Shown here one piece after another: positions 38,838 to 46,983 of a DNA stretch of 64,000 nucleotides. Location of the stretch: positions 224,001 through 288,000 of the forward strand of contig CAWFKH010000006.1 in the NCBI GenBank assembly GCA_963816355.1, in the 5' to 3' direction. A program made the translations under genes and the position numbers. Position 1 is the first letter of the stretch. Every line of letters begins with the position of its first letter. This DNA is from an uncultured Gemmatimonadales bacterium (lineage in GTDB: Bacteria; Gemmatimonadota; Gemmatimonadetes; Longimicrobiales; RSA9). The notes under the pieces were generated by a model that was not told where the DNA came from, ran no database searches, and worked only from the letters and a program-made list of their open reading frames with translations.

Positions 38838-41258
38838 ATGAACACGCTGCGAGCCGACCTGCGCTACGCCGTCCGCACGCTCGCCCGCACGCCGGGACCG
38901 GCCCTCGTCGCCGCCGTCGCCCTCGCGCTCGGGATCGGCCTCACCACCACGATGTTCAGCATCATCTACGGCGGCATCATGCAGGGCCTGCCGTACCCCG
39001 GCGGCGACCGCATCGCGGTCGTGATGCGCTCCAGCCAGGCGCGCGGCGTCCAGCGCAGCTCGCTCCCGATCCAGGACCTCTACGACTATCGCGCGCAGCA
39101 GAGGAGCTTCACCGCGCTCGGCGGCTACACCTCCGGTACGGTGAACGTCAGCGGCACCGAGCGGGCGGAGCGCTTCGACGGCACGTGGGCGACGGCGGAC
39201 GTGTTCCGCGCCCTCGGCGTGCCGCCGCTGCTGGGCCGCACCTTCAGCCCGGAGGAGGCCGCCCCGGGCGGCGCGAAGGTGGTCGTGCTCGGCTACGACG
39301 TCTGGCGCGAGCGCTACGCATCGGACCCCTCGATCCTCGGCCGCTCTCTCCGCGTGAACGGCGATCCGTACACCGTGATCGGCGTCATGCCGCAGGGCTT
39401 CGACTTCCCGGACGGCACCACGATCTGGCTGCCGCTGCAGACCGACCCGCTCGCCGGCAAGCGCGGCGAGGGGCAGTTCCTGGTGGGAATCGGCAAGCTG
39501 AAGCCGGGGGTGAGCTTCCAGGAGGCGACGGCCGACGTCGCCGCCACCGCGCGCCGCCTCGCGGTCCAGTATCCGGAGGCGGACAGCGCCTTCACCGCCA
39601 CCGCCCTCACGTACCCGGACTGGTCGATCGGGCCGCAGCCGCGACACCTGCTCTACACCATGCTCGGCGCCGTCATCTTCGTGTTGCTGATCGCCTGCGC
39701 GAACGTCGCCAACCTGCTCCTCGACCGCGCCGCCCACCGCACGCGCGAGGTCGGCATCCGCGCCGCGCTCGGCGCCACGCGCGCGCAGGTCGTGCGCCTC
39801 TTCCTGACGGAGTCGAGCGTGCTCGCGTTCGCCGGCGTCGCCCTCGGCGTCGTCCTCGCCTGGTTCGGCGTGCACGCCTTCAACCGCGCGATCGCCGACA
39901 CCGGCGTCCCCTCCTACATCCGCATCGGCCTCTACCCGCCGGTCCTCCTCTTCGCCCTCGGCGCGGGCCTGCTGGCCAGCCTCGCCTCCGGCGTGATCCC
40001 CGCCCTGCAGTCCTCCCGCACCGATGTCGCGGAGGTGCTGAAGGACGAATCGCGCGGCTCCTCCGGTCTGCACATCGGCCGCCTGAGCCGCGGCCTCGTG
40101 ATGCTGGAGATCGCGCTCTCCTGCGCCCTGCTCCTCGCCGCCGGCCTGATGGTGAAGAGCGTGATGCGGCTGCGGAACATGGATCCCGGCTTCGCCACCG
40201 CCTCCGTCTTCACCGCGCGCATCGGCTACCCCGAGGCGTACACCGACACGCTGCGCCAGAAGCGCTTCTTCCGGCAGTTGAACGAGCGACTCGCGACGAT
40301 CCCGGGTGTGCGCGCCGCGGCCATCAGCTCCGGCCTGCCCGGCGCGTCGCAGGGCCTCGGCGGCGGCCGCTTCGCGATCGACGGGAAGAGCTACGCCCGC
40401 CCGTCCGACTACCCGCTCACGCGCACGGCTTCGGTCACGCCCTCCTTCTTCGCCACGCTCCAGATCCCGCTCGCGCGCGGCCGGCTCCTGAACGACGGCG
40501 ACCGCGACGGTACGGCGCCCGTCGCCGTCGTCACGCAGCACTTCGCCGACCGCTACCTCGCGGACGGCGACGCGCTCGGCCGCCGCATCCGCTTCGGCGG
40601 AGCAGACAGCGAGGAGCCGTGGATCACGATCGTCGGCGTCGTCCCCGACATCTTCGGCGGCGACCCGGAAGACCCGCGGCCGCCGGTCGTCTTCCGGCCG
40701 CTGGCCCAGGCCCACTCCAATTTCGTCTACATCTCCGCGCGCGCCGCCGGCTCGCCGATGGCGCTCACCGCGCAGATCCGGGACGCGGCCGCCGCGCTCG
40801 AGCCGGACCTGCCCCTCTACTGGATCATGCCGCTCGATCGGGCGATCGCCAAGGAGCTGTGGTTCGTCCGCGTCTTCGGCACGATGTTCATGATCTTCGG
40901 CGCCGTCGCACTCTTCCTCGCCGCCGTCGGCCTCTACGCGGTGATGTCGTTCTCCGTGAGCCGCCGCACGCGCGAGGTCGGCATCCGCATGGCGCTCGGC
41001 GCGCGGACCGGCCGCGTCGTGCGCATGATCCTGCGCCAGGGGATCGTCCAGCTCGCCGTCGGCATGACGATCGGCCTCGCCCTCGCGATCGGCATCTCCC
41101 GCCTGCTGGCGATCATCCTCTTCGACGTGCAGCCGCGCGACCCGTTCGTCTTCATCGCCGTCGCCACCACGCTCGCCCTCACCGGCGTCCTGGCCAGCTT
41201 CGTTCCGGCGCTGCGCGCGACTCGCGTGCAGCCGCAGGATGCGCTACGCTCGGAGTGA
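38838..41258 (+). CDS. ABC permease, ADOP family
   Basis: ATG 2 bp after the upstream stop; DLRYAVRTLARTPG; ends ATRVQPQDALRSE. Confidence 0.93.
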   Translation: MNTLRADLRYAVRTLARTPGPALVAAVALALGIGLTTTMFSIIYGGIMQGLPYPGGDRIAVVMRSSQARGVQRSSLPIQDLYDYRAQQRSFTALGGYTSGTVNVSGTERAERFDGTWATADVFRALGVPPLLGRTFSPEEAAPGGAKVVVLGYDVWRERYASDPSILGRSLRVNGDPYTVIGVMPQGFDFPDGTTIWLPLQTDPLAGKRGEGQFLVGIGKLKPGVSFQEATADVAATARRLAVQYPEADSAFTATALTYPDWSIGPQPRHLLYTMLGAVIFVLLIACANVANLLLDRAAHRTREVGIRAALGATRAQVVRLFLTESSVLAFAGVALGVVLAWFGVHAFNRAIADTGVPSYIRIGLYPPVLLFALGAGLLASLASGVIPALQSSRTDVAEVLKDESRGSSGLHIGRLSRGLVMLEIALSCALLLAAGLMVKSVMRLRNMDPGFATASVFTARIGYPEAYTDTLRQKRFFRQLNERLATIPGVRAAAISSGLPGASQGLGGGRFAIDGKSYARPSDYPLTRTASVTPSFFATLQIPLARGRLLNDGDRDGTAPVAVVTQHFADRYLADGDALGRRIRFGGADSEEPWITIVGVVPDIFGGDPEDPRPPVVFRPLAQAHSNFVYISARAAGSPMALTAQIRDAAAALEPDLPLYWIMPLDRAIAKELWFVRVFGTMFMIFGAVALFLAAVGLYAVMSFSVSRRTREVGIRMALGARTGRVVRMILRQGIVQLAVGMTIGLALAIGISRLLAIILFDVQPRDPFVFIAVATTLALTGVLASFVPALRATRVQPQDALRSE

Positions 41259-41350
41259 GGAGGGCGCGGGGGCGGTGGAGGTCGGCGGTGGGCCGACGGC
41301 CGCGGCCAGCGTAGCGCCGCTTCGCGGTCGGGCGGCGCTCGCGAACAGCG

Positions 41351-41412
41351 GTTTCACGCGGAGGACGCGGTGGGCGCGGAGGGGCCACGTCCGCCGCGTC
41401 CCCCGCGTGAAC
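41351..41412. repeat. REP-like palindrome TTCACGCGGAGGACGCGG...CCGCGTCCCCCGCGTGAA
   Basis: 18-bp imperfect inverted repeat; a related copy lies at 29061. Confidence 0.65.
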
Positions 41413-41476
41413 ATTCGCTGCCTGCCGCGGGTCTCATCCCGGGCACGTATCGAAACCCTGAAAGGAGCGTGCACCG

Positions 41477-41968
41477 ATGAGGAAGACGTGGATGCTGGCC
41501 GCGGCGACGACTTTGCTGCTGCCGGCCGGGCTGCTCGCACAGAACCCGCCGCAACGGCAACGCGGGATGATGCGGCGCGATCCGGTGCAGATGGTGCTGG
41601 AGCAGAAGGACACGCTGAAGCTGAGCGATGCCCAGGTGAAGCGGATCCAGGCGATCCAGGCGGATCTTCAGAAGAAGAACGATCCGCTCATGGAGAAGGT
41701 ACAGGCGGCGCGCGCGAAGTACGGCAACCCGCCCACTGACGACGAGCGCGCGAAGATGCGGGAGGAGATGGGTCCGATGATGCGGGAGCTGCGGTCCAAC
41801 ACGCAGACCGCGATGGACGCCGTCCTCGAGCTGCTCGACGCCAGACAGCAGAAGATGGTGCAGGAAATGACGCCGCGGCGGCCGGGCGGCGGGGAACGGC
41901 CGCCGGCTTCGTTTTCGGCCGTGCAACGCGAGCGCGCGCCCGATCATCTAAAGTGTGTCATGGGCTGA
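41477..41968 (+). CDS. Spy/CpxP-like periplasmic protein
   Basis: RBS AAGGAG, signal peptide, LKLSDAQ and LLDARQQ (LTXXQ-like) helical repeats. Confidence 0.65.
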   Translation: MRKTWMLAAATTLLLPAGLLAQNPPQRQRGMMRRDPVQMVLEQKDTLKLSDAQVKRIQAIQADLQKKNDPLMEKVQAARAKYGNPPTDDERAKMREEMGPMMRELRSNTQTAMDAVLELLDARQQKMVQEMTPRRPGGGERPPASFSAVQRERAPDHLKCVMG

Positions 41969-41998
41969 GAGCGGCGAACCTGCCACGGAGTCGACGGC

Positions 41999-44500
41999 AT
42001 GGCGGCGAGCGAATGGTGGCTGGACGCGCGCGTCGGCGCACGCGCGTTGCGACGGACCCCCGCCTTCACGGCGGCCGCGGTACTGGTGCTCGCTCTCGGC
42101 ATCGGCGCCAACACCGCGATCTTCTCGGCCGTGAAGGCCGCGCTCCTCACGCCGCCGCCGTACCCGCACCCGGAGCGCCTCGTCCTGCTCGACCTCACGG
42201 AGGCGTCGACGGCGCCGCCGGGTGCGCCGCGCGCGATGCCGTGGTCGTATCCCAAGTTCCAGATCCTGGCCGCGACGAAGGATCTGCCGCTGCAGGCCGT
42301 CGCGGCGTACGCGGTGCGCTCGCTCACCCTCACCGGGCGGGGTGACCCGGCGTACGTCTCCGCCGAGGTCGTTACGCCCGACTACATGCGCCTGCTCGGC
42401 GTCGCTACGGTGGCGGGACGCAGCTTCATCGCCGGGGACGACGTCGCCGGCTCCGCCCCCGTCGCGATCCTCGGCTACGGCCTCTGGCGCGAGCGGTTCG
42501 GCGGCGATTCCTCGGTCGTGGGGCGGAGCGTCACGCTCGGCGGGCGCGCTGTCCAGGTCGCCGGTGTGGCTCCACCTGACTTCCGCGGCCTCAGTGGCCG
42601 CGCCGACCTCTTCATTCCGGTCCACACCGGCGCCGCCCTGATCGCGCCGCTGCTGGTCGACGCCGCGCGCGCGCACTGGCTGACGAGCGTCGGTCGCCTG
42701 GCGCCCGGCGCCTCCATGGCCGCGCTGGACGCGCGGATGCGTAGCGTGGGCAGCGCGGTCGAGGCGGCCTACCCGACCTCCGATCCGACCGTCGCTCGCT
42801 CCGGCGCCGCGCGTTCGCTCCTCTCCGCGCGCATCAACGACCAGGCCCGCCGCTCCCTCCTCATCCTCAGCGTCGCGGCGGCGCTTCTCCTGCTCGTCGC
42901 GTGCGCCAATCTGGCCGGCCTGCTCATGGCGCGCGCCGGCGGCCGGGCGAGGGAGGCGGCGGTGCGCGTCGCGATCGGCGCCGGGCGCTGGCGCGTGGCG
43001 CGCTCGTTCCTCGTCGAGTCGCTCCTCCTCGCGGGCGCCGGCGCGGCCGTCGCCGTGCTCGTCGCGCGCGTCGGCGCCCGCGCGCTCGCGGCGGCATGGC
43101 CCGCCCGCTTCCTCGACGGCACGTGGAACGTGCGCGCGCTCGATCTCTCTGCGGTTACGGTCGACGGCGACGTCGTCGCATTCACGGTTCTCGTGGCGCT
43201 CCTGGCCGGGCTCCTCTTCGGCCTCCTGCCGGCGCTGTCCGTGAGCCAGGTCGACCCCGCGCGGGAGCTTGGTGCTCGCTCGACCGGAGGGACGCGGACG
43301 CGCCGCGGATGGGGCGGATGGGACCTGCGCGGCGGCCTCGTGGCGGCGGAGATCGCGCTCGCCCTCGTCCTTCTCGTCGGCGCGGGCCTGCTAGTCCGCT
43401 CACTGCGCCAGCTCGACGCGGTCGACCGCGGCTTCCGGCAGGGGAACCTGCTCGCGTTCTCCTTCGAAATCCCCCGCGATGGCCGCGACTCGATCGATGT
43501 GGCCGCGTTCCACGAGCGCTTCATCGAGCGGCTCGAGGCGCTCCCCGACGTCCGCTCCGCCGCCGTATCCTGCACCGCGCCGCTCGGTGGCCACTGCATG
43601 ATCACGGAGGTGCGCCGCGCCGGCGATCGCCGCTGGAGCGAGGGCAGCCGCCCGCGGATCGGCGTCAATTACATCAGCGACGACTACTTTTCGACCCTCG
43701 GCGTCCCCGTGCGCGAAGGCCGCACCTTCACCGCCACGGACCGCGCCGGCTCCCGCCCGGTGGTCGTCCTCGGCGCGACGGCGGCGCGCGCGCTCTTCCC
43801 CGGCGGCCACGCCGTCGGCCGCGCCATCGCGATCGGCACCGACCTCACCGGCGAGCAGGGGAGCTCCGCGGACGTGATCGGCGTCGTCGGCGACGTGCTC
43901 TACGACCGCCCCGAGGAGGGCGTCATGGCCGACGCGTACATCAGCGAGCGCCAGGAGACCGGCTACGGCACGTTCGTCCTCCGCACCCGCGGTGAGCCGC
44001 TCGCCGTCGTCCCGGCCGTTCGCGCCGCGCTCGCGAGCCTCGATCCGGATCTGCCGATCCACGACGTCGCCACCATCTCCGACATCGCCGCCACCGCAAC
44101 CGCGGACACCCGCGTGCTCGGCGCGCTCCTCACCACCTTCGCCTTCCTCGCGCTGCTCCTCGCCTGCACCGGCGTATGGGCGGTGGTCGCGTTCGCCGTC
44201 TCGCGCCGCTCGTCCGAGCTCGGCCTGCGCATGGCGCTCGGCGCCGCGCCGCGCCAGGTCGTGCGCCTCGTCGTCCGTGGCGGCCTCACCCTCGCCGCCG
44301 CCGGCGTCGCGGTCGGCGTCGTCGGCGCGTGGGCCGCCGCGCGCGTGCTCCGCAGCCTGCTCTACGACGTCGCGGCGACCGACCCTCTCACCTACGCCGC
44401 CGCCGCCGCGCTGCTGCTCGGCGTCACCGCCCTCGCCGCGTGGCTGCCCGCGCGCCGCGCCACGCGCGTCGATCCGATCACGGCGCTGCGCGCCGAGTAG
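41999..44500 (+). CDS. ABC permease, ADOP family
   Basis: [27 protein letters not shown]; ends [13 protein letters not shown]. Confidence 0.93.
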   Translation: MAASEWWLDARVGARALRRTPAFTAAAVLVLALGIGANTAIFSAVKAALLTPPPYPHPERLVLLDLTEASTAPPGAPRAMPWSYPKFQILAATKDLPLQAVAAYAVRSLTLTGRGDPAYVSAEVVTPDYMRLLGVATVAGRSFIAGDDVAGSAPVAILGYGLWRERFGGDSSVVGRSVTLGGRAVQVAGVAPPDFRGLSGRADLFIPVHTGAALIAPLLVDAARAHWLTSVGRLAPGASMAALDARMRSVGSAVEAAYPTSDPTVARSGAARSLLSARINDQARRSLLILSVAAALLLLVACANLAGLLMARAGGRAREAAVRVAIGAGRWRVARSFLVESLLLAGAGAAVAVLVARVGARALAAAWPARFLDGTWNVRALDLSAVTVDGDVVAFTVLVALLAGLLFGLLPALSVSQVDPARELGARSTGGTRTRRGWGGWDLRGGLVAAEIALALVLLVGAGLLVRSLRQLDAVDRGFRQGNLLAFSFEIPRDGRDSIDVAAFHERFIERLEALPDVRSAAVSCTAPLGGHCMITEVRRAGDRRWSEGSRPRIGVNYISDDYFSTLGVPVREGRTFTATDRAGSRPVVVLGATAARALFPGGHAVGRAIAIGTDLTGEQGSSADVIGVVGDVLYDRPEEGVMADAYISERQETGYGTFVLRTRGEPLAVVPAVRAALASLDPDLPIHDVATISDIAATATADTRVLGALLTTFAFLALLLACTGVWAVVAFAVSRRSSELGLRMALGAAPRQVVRLVVRGGLTLAAAGVAVGVVGAWAAARVLRSLLYDVAATDPLTYAAAAALLLGVTALAAWLPARRATRVDPITALRAE

Positions 44501-44571
44501 GCGATCCGCGCGCGCGTCAACTCCGCCGTGCGCGTGGCGTCACACCTCCGCGACGACGGCGATTGCCGCTT

Positions 44572-44955
44572 CTACGGCTTCAGCTCGGCCACGACGTCGG
44601 CCGGCCAGGCGCGGGCGACCGCCAGATCGTACGCCGTCTTCCCGGCGAAGCCCGGCGCGCCGCTGCCGCGGAGCGATCGATCGGCGCCGGCGCGCGCCAG
44701 CATCCGGGCGACCTCCCCGTGGCCGCCGACGACGGCGAGCATGAGCGCGCTCAGGCCGTACTTGGCCGTGACGTCCGTGCCGGCGCCGCGGTCCAGGAGC
44801 GCGGCGACGATCGCCGCGTCACCGCGGTGGCTCGCGACCATCAGTGCCGACTGGCCGTGGCGGTCGCGGGAGTCGACGTCCACGCCGGCGTCGAGCCGGG
44901 CGCGGACGCCCTCCACGTCGCCGCTGCGCAGGGCGGTTTCGAATGCAGCGTCCAC
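44572..44955 (-). CDS. Ankyrin repeat protein
   Basis: RBS GAGGAGG then GTG; GQSALMVA, GLSALMLA and GKTAYDLA repeats. Confidence 0.88.
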   Translation of the reverse strand: MDAAFETALRSGDVEGVRARLDAGVDVDSRDRHGQSALMVASHRGDAAIVAALLDRGAGTDVTAKYGLSALMLAVVGGHGEVARMLARAGADRSLRGSGAPGFAGKTAYDLAVARAWPADVVAELKP

Positions 44956-45065
44956 AACCCCTCCTCGGTTCGTCGCGGCCGCGGCCCAACGCCGGGTTCT
45001 CAAGCCCCTACCTCTGGTGGGGAGCCGTTGACTATCTTGCGCTATCGTCCACCCGGCACGGGCCC

Positions 45066-46023
45066 ATGGACCTGCTTCCCGACATGCCGGACCTCCTCGT
45101 CCTGCGAGTCCTCCAGGACCGTGCCCTTCATCATACGCCATCGGCCGCCGCGCCGAGAGGTCGTAGGCGCAGGCGGGGGCGCGCTGCCGGACGCGCCGCG
45201 CTCCACTCGGTCGGGCCGGTGGTCGCCATCCTCGTCACATCCGCCTGCGCGAGCGTGCCCCAACGTCCGCCCGACGCCGCGATCTCGACGCAGCGATGGG
45301 CCGGTTCGGGGTACACGACCGCGGTGGGGGGCAGGCTCGCCCGTGTCGACGGGCAGGGCATCGACACCGTTCTTGCCCTGCTCACCCCCCTGGTGTCACA
45401 CGAGAACGAGTGGGGCCTTCGGACCGAGTTGCCGGGCCTCCTGCGGCTGCCGGAATTGCTCCACGCCGTGGGGATCGCAAGAGACTCGACGAGCGTGACC
45501 TTTGGCCTCGTGATGCCCGACGGCCGTGACCTGGACGTCGCCGTGGCGCTGGAAGACCCCCGGCCGTCCGCGGCGGAGCCGATCGACCTGCCGCTCTACC
45601 GGAGGAACCCCAGCCTCAACTACTGGATGGCCTACCTTCACGCGACCAGGTCCTCTACGTTGCCTACAACCTCTGTTACGACCGCGAAGACCTGCCCTTC
45701 GACCGCTTCGCCGACCAGGTTCTCGACACGATCCGCATCCGGCGTCCGAAGCGCGTGGTCTTCGATCTGAGGCGCAACGTGGGTGGGGCCTCGCGTCCGA
45801 CCGGCGGCAAGCCCAACGCGCCGGGCGAGGTGGGCATCCTCGTCCTGCCCAACTCACGGCTGTCGGTGACGTACTCGAAGAGGATGTGGCGTCTCATCCA
45901 CGGTGCCGATCCCCCTGCCGTGGAGCCCGATGTCGCGGTCGCCGTGTCCTCCAGCGACTTCCTGGCCGGACGCGATCCCGTGTTGGAGGCCGCCTTGACG
46001 TATTCGCCCTCCGCCCGCGAATA
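45066..46023 (+). pseudogene. Degraded S41-family peptidase lipoprotein
   Basis: SHEN, NYW and DLRRNVGG joined directly to PTGGKPN, then PDVAV...GRDPVLEAAL; frameshift near 45649; the catalytic Ser segment is missing. Confidence 0.65.
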
Positions 46024-46099
46024 GGCGGAGTCGCTCGTCAAACTCCCGTGCATCGCCGGGGCGAGGTGCCGGAAGGGGCACACTGACCCGGCGCCGCGG

Positions 46100-46170
46100 C
46101 CGGCTGCCGCAGCCAGCGCCGTGGCCAGCCGCCGCAGCCAGCGCCGCGGCCAGCTGCCGCAGCCGCGCCG
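46100..46170. repeat. About 21-bp tandem repeat (GCCGCAGCCAGCGCCGYGGCCA-like, about 3 copies)
   Basis: Read directly from the sequence. Confidence 0.7.
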
Positions 46171-46286
46171 TGGTCTCCCGCCTTGCTCGTGCCGCAGCCG
46201 CGTCGCGCGTGCGTCGAATTGGCAGGATCCTGTCCGCGGATCGTGCCTGGCCGGTGCCATTTTGGCGCTCGAAACCGCTCCCGGAA

Positions 46287-46302
46287 TGGCACTGGCCATG
46301 CA
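46287..46302 (+). promoter_or_regulatory. Candidate sigma-54 promoter of hsp20 (TGGCAC-N5-ATGCA)
   Basis: GG(46288-89)-N10-GC(46300-01); an inverted near-copy lies at 46243-46261. Confidence 0.55.
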
Positions 46303-46385
46303 CTTCGGGACGGACGCGGTCCGACTGGGGACGGGCCGCGCCGGAGATCAACCTCACAGTGAGACTGCCGCATCAGGAGGAACCC

Positions 46386-46862
46386 ATGGCCATCACTCCC
46401 TACACGCCGACGACGGACCTCTTCCGCTCCCTCTTCGACGACCTTCCCGGCTTCGGCGCGCGCTCGAGCGGCCGCCTGGCGGGAATCGACCTGCTGCGCG
46501 CGCCGAACGCGGACGTCGTGGAAAACGACGACGCGATCCGCGTCATGCTGGAGCTGCCGGGGCTGCGTCCCGACGACATCGAGGTGAACCTCGAACAGAA
46601 CGTGCTGACGATCAGCGGTGAGAAGCGGGAAGTCCGCGACGAAGGCGAGGAGGACCGCTGGCATCTCTCCGAGCGCCGCTACGGCCGCTTCAGCCGCTCC
46701 TTCGTCCTGCCGAAGGAGGTGGAGCCGGAGCGCATCGAGGCGAACTTCGAGAACGGCGTCCTGGACGTGACGATTCCGAAGAGCGAGAAGGTCAAGCCGC
46801 GCCGCATCGAGGTCCGTGCCGGCGACGGCGGCCATCGCGTCGAGACCGGCGCGTCGCGCTGA
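46386..46862 (+). CDS. Hsp20/alpha-crystallin small heat shock protein
   Basis: RBS AGGAGG; ELPGL, LTISGEK, ERRYGRFSRSFVLP and ANFENGVLDVTIPK. Confidence 0.95.
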   Translation: MAITPYTPTTDLFRSLFDDLPGFGARSSGRLAGIDLLRAPNADVVENDDAIRVMLELPGLRPDDIEVNLEQNVLTISGEKREVRDEGEEDRWHLSERRYGRFSRSFVLPKEVEPERIEANFENGVLDVTIPKSEKVKPRRIEVRAGDGGHRVETGASR

Positions 46863-46893
46863 AGGGGCGCCGCGGCGCGCGGCGGTACGGAAG

Positions 46894-46925
46894 AGGGGCC
46901 GGGGGCGATCCGCCTCCGGCCCTTC
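46894..46925. terminator. Hairpin between the convergent hsp20 and kdpD genes
   Basis: AGGGGCCGGGGGCG-atc-CGCCTCCGGCCCTT. Confidence 0.6.
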
Positions 46926-46983
46926 CTTGCCAGGTGTTGCCGGGGTCGATCGAGCCCGCTATGGGCGAGCGGACGGAAGCTAG

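Noticed and set aside
46255..46300. CIRCE/HrcA operator at hsp20
   Set aside because: TTGGCGCTC resembles a left arm, but there is no GAGTGCTAA-like right arm at 9-bp spacing.
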